64,000 bases of DNA from Nemertoderma westbladi (GCA_032718475.1 JAUCBJ010001864.1:62001-126000), one strand, 5' to 3'. Counted from the first letter of the stretch, positions 51,101 to 61,983 are shown. Numbers and translations: made by a program. Notes: a model not told the origin generated them from the letters alone.

Positions 51101-51114
51101 CCCGAAATCATTAG
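45118..51114 (+). CDS. BEL/Pao Gag-protease-RT polyprotein, truncated before the RNase H catalytic motifs and integrase
   Basis: Coiled-coil N-terminus, PPKFSG..W capsid region, Cys/His knuckles (CWRCMKPGHVRKDC, CSLCGRNH), protease LDSAS, YYLPHH, DVEAMFHQV, LRFLW, FYVDD, KVLGLSW, LYDPL, WDDPIP; homology ends at IPRVY (about 51022). Confidence 0.93.
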   Translation: MSDTPHSTRYPPTDYDSCDPDRSTVDEPRRRTRDSTDVTPLASPVPRTEIPEAATRGDSRIEDFLTVPQTRSREPDMVSSTGSQENVIRSIGGHMAQITRNLGEGFRVLRELTAPMSRYEFYTLQVRIESRVHASVDKLKGLHELAELRGDNFTQVKIVDKLVSARESLIQFKSVISLAQQEQFDQLLGESVSDALLQPEEEEELYCLDGRLETLTNFLRRCGVPIDEPEVEPRGTTEVLTTEGSRAYQHPPLDRSFVSVRSDVGNVGDVSRTASGITRQQQEVARRQQVAEEEARHQMAQIAIEGEKQRREDEARIAQLKAQAEFEASEMRRLEEDLAREAAADELARQKAASDVRAKLEARQINARLAIQEAELAAQQQDADRREREMQLQFELNRRSRETANAQADLELDARDRSMRSRTGHDLSALDRMEARYRGIQKRIEEGSVGAIDRGEEFVEDYCKRFPQVIPMLKPTTPIKPVFVTKPKEITPVRSTQGNRFVVTEIPQPRATSSPILAGNITSPPTVSRSLLVGREEPAFMTIKQVSKPLQVKPVTCCANPVIYRPTTKPDYFTRPLTQCSTQPTTSWKACEPTELRRRMEVGSTHGIGQRIARPTTSWKACEPTEQRRAVDSGPQRTKTRVIRRTRTRQPPYPDDSDSSSDSESTEREIFRTGAAEDCKREERSTNPYIDNPPRETPQQKPTLKPAETISAKQFTEMTDRIAQLEERLEAQPSDRSRTSVELEQPRQHRPPRREQETRRTPTHRKEDPVNNSYRRTTRGRERLDDAAEQGRGQLDLVSEIAKFAARHGLPAQQPPKFSGNAKHWRTLVDYVESQIAKCAFTSTEKFNYLLQVLSGEPKRLAETFIGVPDAFELAYDRLYSIYGGNVAMAKSIIEDLCRGGNISRPIDLLRLADEIKNAIGTLRSIGQLEYANAPTVLIRIIGRLHHRLRREWRCIEYQREEAGGLLKLTDVYQLISREAVIETRSNYTDHHIAAEGITVSAPNRTKPFPTNAKAVTYATPTETSKVLTPIGTTQPRQQLPADFVGCSYCERNGRNHSGHKLRGCRAFKELGIEERRLQIRSLDSCWRCMKPGHVRKDCPSDDTCSLCGRNHDALLHTTSHTPTRRFRREHPDKAARCDALYKERAPREIRTFYTDCMDQSGSSDEDEEEDDTFYVHAGEEQPSITLLTQNQLKGFSVIPIKITGTRGSKRIYAILDSASSHSYVDEQVADVVTDLSQGKTAQYTVSSMYGKRAIPVTRVKLTLDTLLSKAEHSKEERSLLPVRNLTFAATKDFSNLLGPVPEQSPEDRKYFRHLGIPECPVNYRSIAMLIGTDQFNLHQVWETRPSVITAGNPYACRTPIGWYTRAPIRSLEVSDQEDDVLSMCSLLTNTIDNSPSHSRGPIVRTALRQTRVTNTDATDTDVTDLDTTIRTSDLQLLAVDQVVLTTEDLRVVAVDDSMNEDFGRLASLPKNPKVIDPTHQASTPVVDLGRLASLPIDQEVVKPPHDNSTPTSDTGRLASLPDTLTLATAADEDVDEDHGAVQAALDRLLTERTIQWLEQDSAEPGSYETAMSEQEKRSLNIMRDTIRQTANGHYEVGMLWRDGQPKLVNNYPLALRRLKSIRQRLLRDETAHMQYNAQLQTYLQRGYAIRMLNPEVTTDQTYYLPHHFVRHPDKPGKVRVVNDCAALYQGMSMNSELMDGPNMNNYLMGVLMRFRQRKVAFTCDVEAMFHQVKALERDRDSLRFLWYPDGNLQLPPETYQMQVRVFGARDSPNCTMYALKQTALDRRDQFDPEVVRTVERDFYVDDGLKSCDTLERATTVAHQLQDCLAEGGFHLTKFASNEPELVNSFDPMDRSGGDLDLDLEPLPTTKVLGLSWDPNTDNFRVRVRSNDQTRPLTKRTCLSTMSRLYDPLCFISPVILHARIILRSIWQAGLEWDDPIPEKLAERWRDWEAQLTFLQDYTIPRVYHTRLVYPEFVFYRHIFWIRSQCEITRTRNH

Positions 51115-51248
51115 GCAAAATGGGTTGGGGTTTAGAGCAGAGTTGAGCCAAAAGCCAACAAACTCTGGAGTCACCTCCCATCTAACCTCTATTTTGTGCT
51201 TCATCTAGTAGAAACGTAACGATATGTAACCGCATATATTCGTATACG

Positions 51249-54200
51249 ATGGCGGAGAAGATGTATAAAGAGTTACGTCAAGGGTTTACGCAAGAACAGG
51301 AGCACCAGGCGCCATTCAATCGTTATGGAGCTAAAAACTTTAGTGTGTTTGGAGTGGAGAGTATGGCTAGGAGTACGGCCAAGCTCGCTAAATCCAAGGC
51401 GGACCCGAATGTTAGCGACAGCGGTTGGACGCATACAACAAAAGAACGGAGGAATTACGCGCGGAATACAATGCGTTATATCCCTACGATGCGTTATGCG
51501 ACGCTAGCGACATTTGCGAGGATCCAGACACCGAAATACGCCGATTGTATCATACGCTGCAATATTTGACGGTAAACAAACCTTTACCTGCAGCTAGAGA
51601 CGAATTTGAAGGAATGCATCTTTATAGACGCGCTCGAGGAGCGGATCCAGAGACCAAGGACGCGTTTTCCGTATACAAACTGTTTTATAAATGTGGAGCG
51701 TGTATGCGCGAGCAAGACAACGCGATTCCTATGCGGTTGAACTCGGAGAACCCCGAGCCGATATTAGCGCGATGTTCACACCACCAAAGTCTACGTTACC
51801 AAGAAGGCGGATACCCTTTGACAAATCCGTATCATTCTTTTAAGATGAGTGGACCGAACGCGGGTGAGATCGTTATTTACGAACCTAAATTAGTCGAACC
51901 AGACGTCTACAGCATGGTAGTGGACGAGTCTAACAAGTCGACTCAAGAGAAACGGGAAGCTTTGAGCCTCTACAGGGCGTACAAGGCGTACGAGAAAGGC
52001 GAGATCGAGGAGTTCGGCGGAAGGCTCGCGAGCCTACCATTCTATTGGATATCCCACGATCAAACCGAACCCAAGGAGATGACACCCGAGCTCTTCGATA
52101 GTATCACCTTTGCTCAGCGTTTGTCGCAGAGACTACAGATACCTCACGTTGAGATGACGCGAGAACCTCAGCCCCATTCTACTGGAGCGATAGTATCGGT
52201 TGCGAGACCAACTAGTTTTCCTATTAGTATACCGACCCGGAAGGAGACAACTTACGAGATCCCTATAGTTGAACACCCGGAGATCATCTCGAACCTGGAT
52301 TTCCTCCCATCGGTCACCTTCGGTGATGTGTTAGAATCAACCGAGTTGCGTAAAGTAATAGTTCAAAAAATCGTACGCAACGTGCCTCCACATATCACGG
52401 ACTTTAAGGAAGTGGATCGCGCGGGGACGGATATCGCACCTTGTATCTTGCGAGGATATCTGACGAAAACGATTCGATTATGGATCGGAGTTGGGACGTT
52501 TGAGACCGACACCGATATCGCGACCAATTGGACTGGTAAACCTATTAGTTTCGATGATGAAAAGTCGATCGGGAGAATTTGGAACCCTACCGATGATTTA
52601 CTCGACGATTGGGACGTGACTAGCCGATCTCTGAAAGAGAATGGATATATGTTTTACGATAATGAAGGAGGAAGCCATCAGCAAAGCCTCACTTCAAAGA
52701 CGATACAGATTAGAGCACCAGATGGCGTGTTACATGTCTTCAGCCGACAGAGGAGTGATAGGAAGATGCCTATGCCGGAAGGAACGACGCAAAGACACGC
52801 GATGATAAAACGGATAGTTAAATCCATGGACCTGGCTTGTAGCATAGAAGCTAGGATGTTGCCAAAGGCCGTGCGAGACGTTGTGTTGGATAAGAGCATC
52901 GTCAAGATCGGATCCGGTGTACGGGATGACCTCATTAGCGACTTTGCAGGGATGCCCACGGAAGAGGACCGATTGCCTACGCCATACGTGGATACTAGAC
53001 CATTGTTGCTTTGGGCTATTGAGCAAGGATACTTTAGAGAGTATAACATGCTAAAAACTGGGACGGGTTATATCTCATATCTGATGTTCAGTTGGGATTA
53101 CAAGGAGAGTAAGAGGAACAAATACACGGACGTATACGGAGAGGGAGATACCCCCGGCGTAAACGAGTTCGAGTCACAGTTGAAGTGGCGAGGTTGCGTG
53201 TATTGGGCGATTACTTCACCTCCGCGGATAATCTTGCAATACTATTTAGCGATAGAATCTTCGGTTAACGTTTGTTTCATCGCGGACGTAGTATCCAGAA
53301 CCTTAAAGCGACACCCGTTATGTCTTGGCGAAGGACATACCTTTTACGATGGAGGAAGGACGCATACCGATGTATTCCGACGATTTCTCCAACCCTTTTA
53401 TAACACCGATGCGCACTGCGAAGTTTTCACGCGAGCGGGACTTAGCGTTTTCAGGGACGTCTATCTCACTCACGCGGGAAGTCTAGTTGACAGACCGTCG
53501 ATGTTAACGTTAGTACCCTATGACGGGGAACGCCACGCGGAATTCGAACGCCCGGAAGGATCCTGGAAGGCTCGCGAGCCTACCGCCCATCATGACGATG
53601 TGGATCCGACCGAGTTGGCGCTAATAGACGAACCGTTACGGCAACTCATAGAAATAGAAGAGAACCTTCCAAGGAAGACGCGAACTGAGATACGCGAGTT
53701 AGAGAAAAGCGATGCCATGGTTTGTGTACAACCTACGGAGACGAACATACCGACTGACCCGGATGATGAGAATTATCACGTGGACGGTAGCGCTCGCCCC
53801 ATCGGAGACCTCATCTATGAGCGAGTTTGGTATCCTGCCAACACTATTTGTGGCAGATGTGGAGCAACTGGCCATCACGCAAAGAAGTGCGGAGCGAAGC
53901 ACATATCTCTACCGGATTTAGTATGCAACTGGTGCGGGGATCAACGTTCGCACACTTTCTACACTTGCTGGCGTTTCGTGGCGCAGTGTACTTATTGTAA
54001 TATTAAGGGCCATAGGGCATCTGAATGTCAACTTAGAGACGTCCCCTATGAGCACATGTCAGTTAAAATCGTTCGACAATTATTCGACCATTGGGAGGAT
54101 CTAGCAGACGAGCATGTATCGACGCAGCGACGCCGCTTCCCTATGAGAGCACATTTGGGATTTTGGGCCGTAAACCCTCTCATAATGTCAAAGGAAGGAT

Positions 54201-55003
54201 ATGTATCGGCTATGCCTCAGTACGATGAATTGTTGGAGGTATTGGATATATTGCCGTTGGACAGTGGATTCAAAGTTGTGCGGGACTATTTCTTACAAGT
54301 GCACCCGGACAACAAGAATACTTAGAACTTTCAAACTGTGGTGAACAAGATTACCGCCGGAGAATTCGATAAACTGCGAGTTGAACAGCGGAATCGAGGA
54401 GCCTGGCATTCGATAGCTTGGGCATACCGGAGCGCATTTTATCACAAACGCGTAACCTCGTGCATTCTGGACGAGACCGACGTTTTGCGTGAGACTGGCT
54501 TCAAGGCCACGCCGTTAGCGGAGAAGACGCGTCACCCACAGGATGATCAGCAATTTCGTATACTCAAAGCCCAGAAGGCCGGACAAGAGATTAAGAAGAT
54601 AGTGAATGTCGCCGAGAGGACGACATCGAAATCGCAAATCCGGATGACTCGGGGCACGGTTTCCCTTGCTAGAGAACCACACGGAGGGACAGGATACGCT
54701 TTGACTGAACCCATTAGGATTCAAACGACGTCAGAGAGCGAGGTGTCAACGGACGGAACAGTCCTACCCTTTCGACTTCCTCCTAGCGTTGTAGAAACTC
54801 GATCCGATGTTAAGTCGACAGTTGGAATCGGACGAGGATTTAGAGGATTGAGCGCACGACGGATGTGCGAAACTCCCGTCGTCCCCTTTCCTAGCGTTTT
54901 GGAACCACCGACGACTCGACGCCGAAGTCCGAGCCCAGTTCGACCTCGACCACCCCCCAATCGCACTAGAGGACGTGGACGAGCCCGCTCAGCGAAGGAA
55001 TAG
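51249..55003 (+). CDS. Cargo ORF: DEDDy (WRN/EXD-like) 3'-5' exonuclease, three CCHC knuckles and a basic tail; main open segment 51416-54325, probable frameshift near 51413, in-frame TAG at 54323
   Basis: Exo I FYDNE and IQIRAPDGVLHVF; Exo II LPKAVRDVVLDKSIVKIGSGVRDDL; VDT; Exo III-like QYYLAIE; CGRCGATGHHAKKC, CNWCGDQRSHTFYTC, CTYCNIKGHRASEC. ORF 54338-55003 is in the same frame after a single TAG. Confidence 0.7.
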
Positions 55004-55662
55004 GAAGCGAGTGGAAGGAAGGCTTGCGAGCCTACCGATTTGGATATTATATTTGGATATTATATTTGGATGTTATATTTGGATATTATATTTGGATATT
55101 TTATTTGGATATTTATATTGGACATTATGTTTGAACGTTGGGTTTGGAAGAACGAGATATGGAAAGGAAGGCTTGCGAGCCTACCGTTAGCAATTAGTGC
55201 TCAGGAGAAGATATCCAGACCAGCAGGACGAACTTTTAAGATCGTCAGGAGGACTCTTTAAGACTTATTTGAAGGATTTTAGCGCATTATGTTTATTTTA
55301 TATTTAGACTGATTTAATTTGGTGAATTTATTATGTATATTTACAATATATAAAGATTTATCGAAAGAGTTTGATTTATTTGTTTGATTTGTTTGATTTA
55401 TTTGTTCTGATTTGTTTAATTTGCTTACCTTGATAACCGAAAGCCTTTTTTTTGTATTTTAGGCACTAAAGTTAATTAGTAAATTTGTATTTGTATGTAC
55501 GATCGATTGTATTTACGCCGTATCTGCAATATTAAATATGCAATAATTAGATAGTGATTATATTTTATATTTTAGGCCCTACCAGTAAATTTAGAAATAG
55601 TTTGTAAATATTTTATATTTCGATTGGTGAAAACAGTCTTACTTACTGTTTTCATGGAGCGG

Positions 55663-57936
55663 TGATGAATTATTTCACTATAAGATAGCATTTGTAGTTT
55701 AACTTTAACGTAAAAACTTTCGAAAATCCGACGTATTTTGATTGAGTTACAGTAATGTAATATGCCTATTCATATTTGTACACATAAAACCCCTAGGTAC
55801 TCTCGTGGCGTAGTGGTCAGATGGTTAAGGCGTTGGTTACATTACATAGGTTACGAGTTCGAATCCCAGTCGGGAAATTTGTATTTTGGGGCCATTTATT
55901 TTCGTTTGGTGCTAATTGGTAGGCCAATGAGAAGCGTACAGCGTAGCGAATGATGAGCCAGGCCAATCATAGGGCATAAATTATCTTATTGCTCAAATGT
56001 GAGGTAGTGGAAAATTCTGTTAGGATTCCATGTCCCAGATTGTAAGGGCCGGACTGCGTTGAACGATGAGCTGGGCCAATCATAGGGCACGAAGCACTTC
56101 ATTGCTCAATTGTGAAGCTGTGGAAAATTCTGTTTAGTTTCCATGTGCAATTTCTAGTATAAAAAGGCCGGTTTGCCTTCGGTTATCACCTTATATTATG
56201 TCACTTCTTACCACTTTGTAAAACTCTTATTTTGTAAAATTAGTTTATTCGGTTTCTTGTTGAAACTTTATTTGATAAATCCTTTTGTAAAACTGTAAAT
56301 ATACTGCAATTTCCTGACATGTTTTCTTTTGGTCCGACTTCGGGACAGCCGAACACCAGGGAGATGGCAGCCTAGATCGTTAGGCCGTAAGCAACGCAGG
56401 GAAGGGATGTCCACAACACGCTAGCGCCCACATTGGATCGACCGCGCACCCCCTTTGCCCCTTCGAAATACTCCACTTGCTATGCAGCGCCCGCTTTGTG
56501 AGAAGGTAAGACTTTGTTCGACGCCCTTGCCCGCCGTAAGACCTATAGATCAGGGTAAGCGTGACATCGTACTGGACGCCGCAAATTTAGGATCAAATAA
56601 TTATATCCAGACACCCCCCCTTTGTCAAGTCCTACGAATCCCTGGGTTAACCTGTACTTCCTACAGGTGCGAACTATTGCCATTCGTCAGTACGCGAGTA
56701 CATATTAGGTACGGACAGCACATGTTCCATAATTTAGTGATTCATAGCACTGACTGTTTGGTACCGGTTCGCTTTGTAGAACGTACATTAGTACCCCCCC
56801 CCCCCCCCCCCCCCTCTGTCTGGAGTTAGCTATTTGATCAGGCAAGGAGCATTTCTGCTACCGGCACACTGCTTGGCCTAGGGAGGTTTATTAATATCCT
56901 ACCGCGCCTTGCCACGTACTGATAGGTATTGCTGCTAACTACCGCAGCAACAAAGTTCTAGAATTAAATTAGTATACCAGATCAGCTAACGTACGGTAGC
57001 GATTAAACCCTATTCTTATCTTACAACCAGAATCTGGTATTAGTGCCGATCACGGGTGTAGTTACTAACACTGTGGTTGCCCATTGGGTTGTGGATAGGA
57101 AGGAGAGAGCTTTGACGTCATTTGTGAGTATAAAGTTCTACAAACGCGACTAGTTTATTTTAGTAGCTAGCGCACGGTATCATTTAGTCAGAAAATCACT
57201 AAAACCTAGTAAAAGGAATTACACGAAATTGTTTTATTTGTAACACACCCACACACACACGCCCTAAAACATATTGCCCTTAAAGTTCTACTAGCTATAG
57301 CGTACTATACATTACGTTAGGTGGAAATTATCTGTATTTGTAAAATTAGGATCTGATTTAGTTGCGGCAAGATAAGGAGTATTTCACTTTCGTTATTAAA
57401 CTGTTGTTTGTCTGGACAACGGTATTGTTACATTTAGGCCTGACCTTTTAGACTGATTTCGTACAGGGGGATCAGTTATTGTTACATTTAGGCACGACCT
57501 TTAGGCTGATTTCGACAGGGATGATCAGCATTGTTACACTAGGTCTGTTAACCACCTAGTTCGTATATAACCCATATAAATCACACCGCGGCAAGTTACT
57601 GTATTTAGGACTGTCAGTGATAGTTAGGATTCGCTGCGCGGGGATTGTTTTCCCGTGAGTTTGGTCTGTTACTGTAACTGTACATCTGCCTCACCGGTTA
57701 GAGGACAGGTATCCTTCTGTCTAGTACGTAGGCATTAGACCCGCTCACGTACATAGAATAGATACAAGGCTCTGTTCCTCGCCAGTAGTCGTTTGTGTAC
57801 TATATCTGTTTGTTTAGATATCCTGGACTGGGATTTGTTGTCAGATACTGTACAAGCCCGTATACATTACTAGAGTCTCATAGTAAGATACATCGTTAGT
57901 AGGATCTGGTAAGCGGTATACTACTGGACCCTTACA
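55663..57936 (+). repeat. 3' LTR (2274 bp)
   Basis: Near-identical to the 5' LTR; preceded by a short purine-rich GGAGCGG and a 10-bp hairpin (55628-54); followed by the TSD ATTAT. Confidence 0.95.
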
Positions 57937-57941
57937 ATTAT

Positions 57942-59190
57942 TTCCATTTATGTTAATGAGTGCTGCTTTATTATCAAGTTTACAGTGACGGGACTAGCTA
58001 CAACTGAATGTAAATAATTGTTTAACGTGTACTGTAAAATCCATTATGGCGAAACGTCCACTAGAAGACACTAAAATGACCAAAGAAAATGGCTACAGTG
58101 TTCAGTAAAATTGAACGGACACAGACGGTGACTAAGTTTGCTTCAGTCGACTATATACGTAGTCCAGATGGATTAATGATTATCACATCCATATAGGAGA
58201 TAACTTCCAATAAACCATAATTAGATTTAAATGTATAATTAATAATGTGTACCTGTTAATCAATTTCACTTATATTTGATATAGTACATGATTAAAATGT
58301 ATAAAGGAGTATCCATAAAATGCTTTCATCACATACCGAACGCTGATAAGTTTAGATAATGTAACAAAATTACATACATCATTGCTTGCGAAGGTCACTT
58401 TTCAGCGTTAAAGACCCTTGTTTATTGATGTAAACCTCCCTCGCTGCGCTCGCTCGGTACATAAATAAACTCGGGTCATAATGCTGCAAAGTGCTACTTT
58501 GCACACAATGATGGACTGTAAATAGTTATTGTTACATTATGTCCACTTAACAGAGTTCTGCTGAATTACTCGTAACGCTGCAAAGTAATCAATAACCTGG
58601 AAAAACAACTTAAATTACCGTATTCCAGAATGTATTATTTCCATTTATATTAATGTGTGCTTCTTTATTCAATAAAGCAGCACGTTTTTGCATAATGCGT
58701 GCGTCCAGTTTGAAGTAACGGGACTAGCTACTGTATGTAAATAATTGTTTAATGTGTAAGACTTTTCATACGTCCTATAGAGAAGACATTTTAGAGAAAA
58801 TGAGCAAATAATGGCGACTGTGTTCAGAAAAACTGAACGGACACAGACGGTGACTCAGTGGACGACGGATCAAAGATTTAACACATCCATGCATGACATA
58901 ACAACAATAAACTTTAATTCGATATAAATGTTTAATTAATACTTTGTACCTGTTAATAAATTTCACTTATATTCGAAATAGTACATGATTAAAATGTTTA
59001 AATGAGCATCAATAAAATCCTTTCTTCACATACCGAACGCTGATAAGTTGACATAATGTAACAAAATTACATGTATGTAATTTATGTAAACCTCTCTCGC
59101 TGCGCTCGCTCGGTACATAAATAAACTCGGGTCATGACGCTGCAAAGTGCTACTTTACACACAATGATGTTAATACAGTAGTTATTCTGT
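57942..59190. repeat. Tandemly duplicated ~650-750-bp repeat; first copy (starting about 41710) is split by the LTR element, second copy 58525-59190 is intact
   Basis: Shared GAATTACTCGTAACGCTGCAAAG, CACAGACGGTGACT, CACATACCGAACGCTGATAAGTT, CTCGCTGCGCTCGCTCGGTACATAAATAAACTCGGGTC; second copy shows the empty site GAATGTATTAT-TTCCATTTA at about 58628. Confidence 0.8.
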
Positions 59191-60379
59191 CCATTACTCA
59201 AAACGGAAACTTTAGCCAAACTTTGACACTGATGATAAAGGCATTCTGTAACGTAGGCTATATAAGCATACTTTAAATGTTTTTCAAATAAAATAATATA
59301 TTCGATATAAAAACGTAACACTCTTTCAATCACTTTTTAGCAAAATTAAGATATTCTCTTCTCGTGTGTTGAGTTTTACGCTTTTTGGCATAGGCATATG
59401 GGCACTCGTTTCGCTCGTATGTATTAGAAAGTTATCAACTCGAGAAAACTCGACCACTGTTATTATAATAATAGTCGAATATTCCTAAACAAAAAATAAC
59501 ATTGAAAAAAGCGCTGCTTTTCGAATAGTTATTGTTATCGAATAATATTAATATATACCCGATCCTGTTCGGTAAAACGTATGTAACGTGGCAGCAGGCA
59601 CAGAAAGATGAAATGGGATGTAGAATTGATGGAACATCGGTAAAATTAAAGAAAAATAATTAATAATTAATTAAATTAATAACATTAAAGAGCATCCTAC
59701 CTAATATTACAATATTACAAAAAATGATTTACTATTACTTTACCATTTATTGGATAATACTGTACACGAATCTGGACCGAAATGGACCGAACTGAACGGA
59801 ACTGGATCGAAAGAGTGGCGAACTGGACCGAACTGGACCGCCAAATGAAAGATAATCTAAAAACAACCATCCATGCAAACAGGTGAAAATTTATATTGAA
59901 TTTCAATTGGACTTTTCATACATTATAAATTTAGTTGCATATAAGATGTCGCTAAATTAAGATTACTTGCTTCACATAAAACACTGCTGTACTCATTTTA
60001 CCAGTAGGCCTACCAGTAGCAGGTATCTGGGTTTATAGTGTTTATAGATTGCAGTATTTTGCGTACCGGTCAGCCGGTAGTTGTATTCAATGCAGCAATG
60101 AATGACAGTACCGGAAGCCAGAGTACACATGGTAAATTCGTTAAATATGTATATGTAATGTAATTCATTAAATTGAAATGTAGGCTACCGGTAAATAAAT
60201 AAATATTGCATATAATAAATTTAAATAAATAAATACAGAAATAGTAGTGCCAGATTTCTGGTGTTTGTTAAAAACACTGAACAGCAACAGCGGAACGATG
60301 CCGATCAGCCGATCCGGACTGCCGGATCAGAAAGAGGGAGACGGAGTATATTAAATGGAAACCCTGTATCGATCGCAAC

Positions 60380-60570
60380 CTGGGACGATGGTGGCGGAGT
60401 CTATTAAACCCGGGACGGTGACGGCGGGCTGGCGGAGCCTATTAAACCCGGAATGATGGCGACAGAGTTTATTAAACCCGGGAAGATGACAGTGGAGTTT
60501 ATTAAACCCAGGACGATGACGGCGGAATCTATTAAACCTAAAACGATGGCTTCGATTCTGAGTCTATTAA
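60380..60570. repeat. ~30-bp degenerate minisatellite
   Basis: TATTAAACCCGGGACGATGACGGCGGAGT-like units, about 6 copies. Confidence 0.7.
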
Positions 60571-60661
60571 ACATTTTACTGGTTTGTGAGATCGACCTGC
60601 CAATACTAACTACTGCTTTCTCCGAATTCCTAGTAATATATTTTGATCTTAATAATCTTAA

Positions 60662-61943
60662 TGATCTACTATCGGGTGTGCGGTGGAGTTCTTTTCTTGA
60701 AGTCGGCTTTCCAGGCCGACTTCAGATAACCCTTTGGGTTATGATATTGCTACCCCTTCTTGGTGCAACCGCAACCTATCCTGCACCAAACATCTGACGT
60801 CTCTGTTTGAGACAATTGTGGACTCTTCACACAATTTTAAAAACTTCCTCACTCTGAACTCACTCTAACTTCACTCTGAACTCACTCTAACTCCACTCTG
60901 AACTCACTCTAACTCCACTCTGCTCGCTCCCCACATTTGAATTGCACCCGTCTACATTCTCACGCGCCAACACCTCCTCTCCATAATTCCCTCGTACTGC
61001 TCTCATACTCCTCTCGGGACTTACCCCAGTCCATCGGCTTGTGGAAGACAAGCCTCATGAGCTGGCCCATCCCCACTGCTCCACAATGTCCTGTGTTCTC
61101 TACCACTCCCAAAGTGCCAGTTTTCCTTAGTCTTACCCCTGTCTGTGCTATTATCCTATCTACCTCGCTACTTACTTCTTACCCTTCTACTTACTATGTA
61201 ACTCTCTTACTACTAACTCTATTAACTCTACTAACTCCACTAACTCTACTAACTCTAACGGTACTATGAACCCTAATACTGCTACTACCTACATAATGCT
61301 ACTACCTAATACCTACATACCACACCCTTCACTCTCTCACTACGTGGCGCTTTCGGTGCCCACAACCCCTCTGCTACTACCTCTATGGTATACTTACATA
61401 CCATACCCTCTACTCTCTTTCTACATGGCGCTTTCGGTGCCCACAACCCCTCCGCTACTACTTCTATGGTATACTTACATACCCATACCTTCTACTCTCT
61501 TTCTACATGGCGCTTTCGGTGCCCACAACCTCTAACTCTCTCGGTACTATGTACCCCGCTCCTCTCGTGGTATGTACCCTGCTACTACTCGTGGTATGTC
61601 AATATACCACACTCCCTAACTTCTGCCTAGTTCTAACTCTAATGGTACTATGTACCCTCCTACTCCCGTGGTATGTTTATATACCACACTCCCTAATTTC
61701 AGCCTACTTCTAACTCTCCTCTTACTCTTACTAACTTCTACTAACTTTCTAACTAGTACTTCTTACTAACTTCTACTAACCTTCTAACTACTACTTCTTA
61801 CTAACTTCTACTAACTTTCTAACTACTACTTACTATCTAACTATCTACTACTATTACTTTCTAACTTTCTACTATCTCACTTCTTATTTTATTATTTTTA
61901 TTATTTATTTTATTATTTGTGTGGGAAGGGCGTCTCACCCTCA
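60662..61943 (-). repeat. Candidate 3' LTR of the second BEL element (left boundary uncertain)
   Basis: Minus-strand polypurine tract GAGGGGGTGGGAA followed by TG at 61943; AG-rich simple repeats; hairpin cluster at its distal end. The partner LTR is outside the window. Confidence 0.4.
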
Positions 61944-61983
61944 TTCCCACCCCCTCAGTCCAACACACTGGATGACTTAAACT

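Larger units (their letters stand above)
41872..57936 (+). mobile_element. BEL/Pao LTR retrotransposon derivative, 16,065 bp, recent insertion
   Basis: TG..CA LTRs at 41872-44123 and 55663-57936 differing by about 4 substitutions and 3 indels; ATTAT TSD at 41867-71 and 57937-41; gag-PR-RT ORF of BEL type. Confidence 0.96.

Noticed and set aside
51425-54325. Cargo ORF as an env gene
   Set aside because: No signal peptide, furin site plus fusion peptide, or transmembrane anchor visible; exonuclease and CCHC motifs are present instead.
59225-59262. Possible second hammerhead (CTGATGA..GTAACGTA)
   Set aside because: No stem II pairing and no GAAA; the CTGATGA near 32195 also lacks the core.
60937-61713. 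Leu/Thr/Pro-rich hydrophobic ORFs
   Set aside because: Translations of low-complexity CTA/CT-rich repeats in the candidate LTR.
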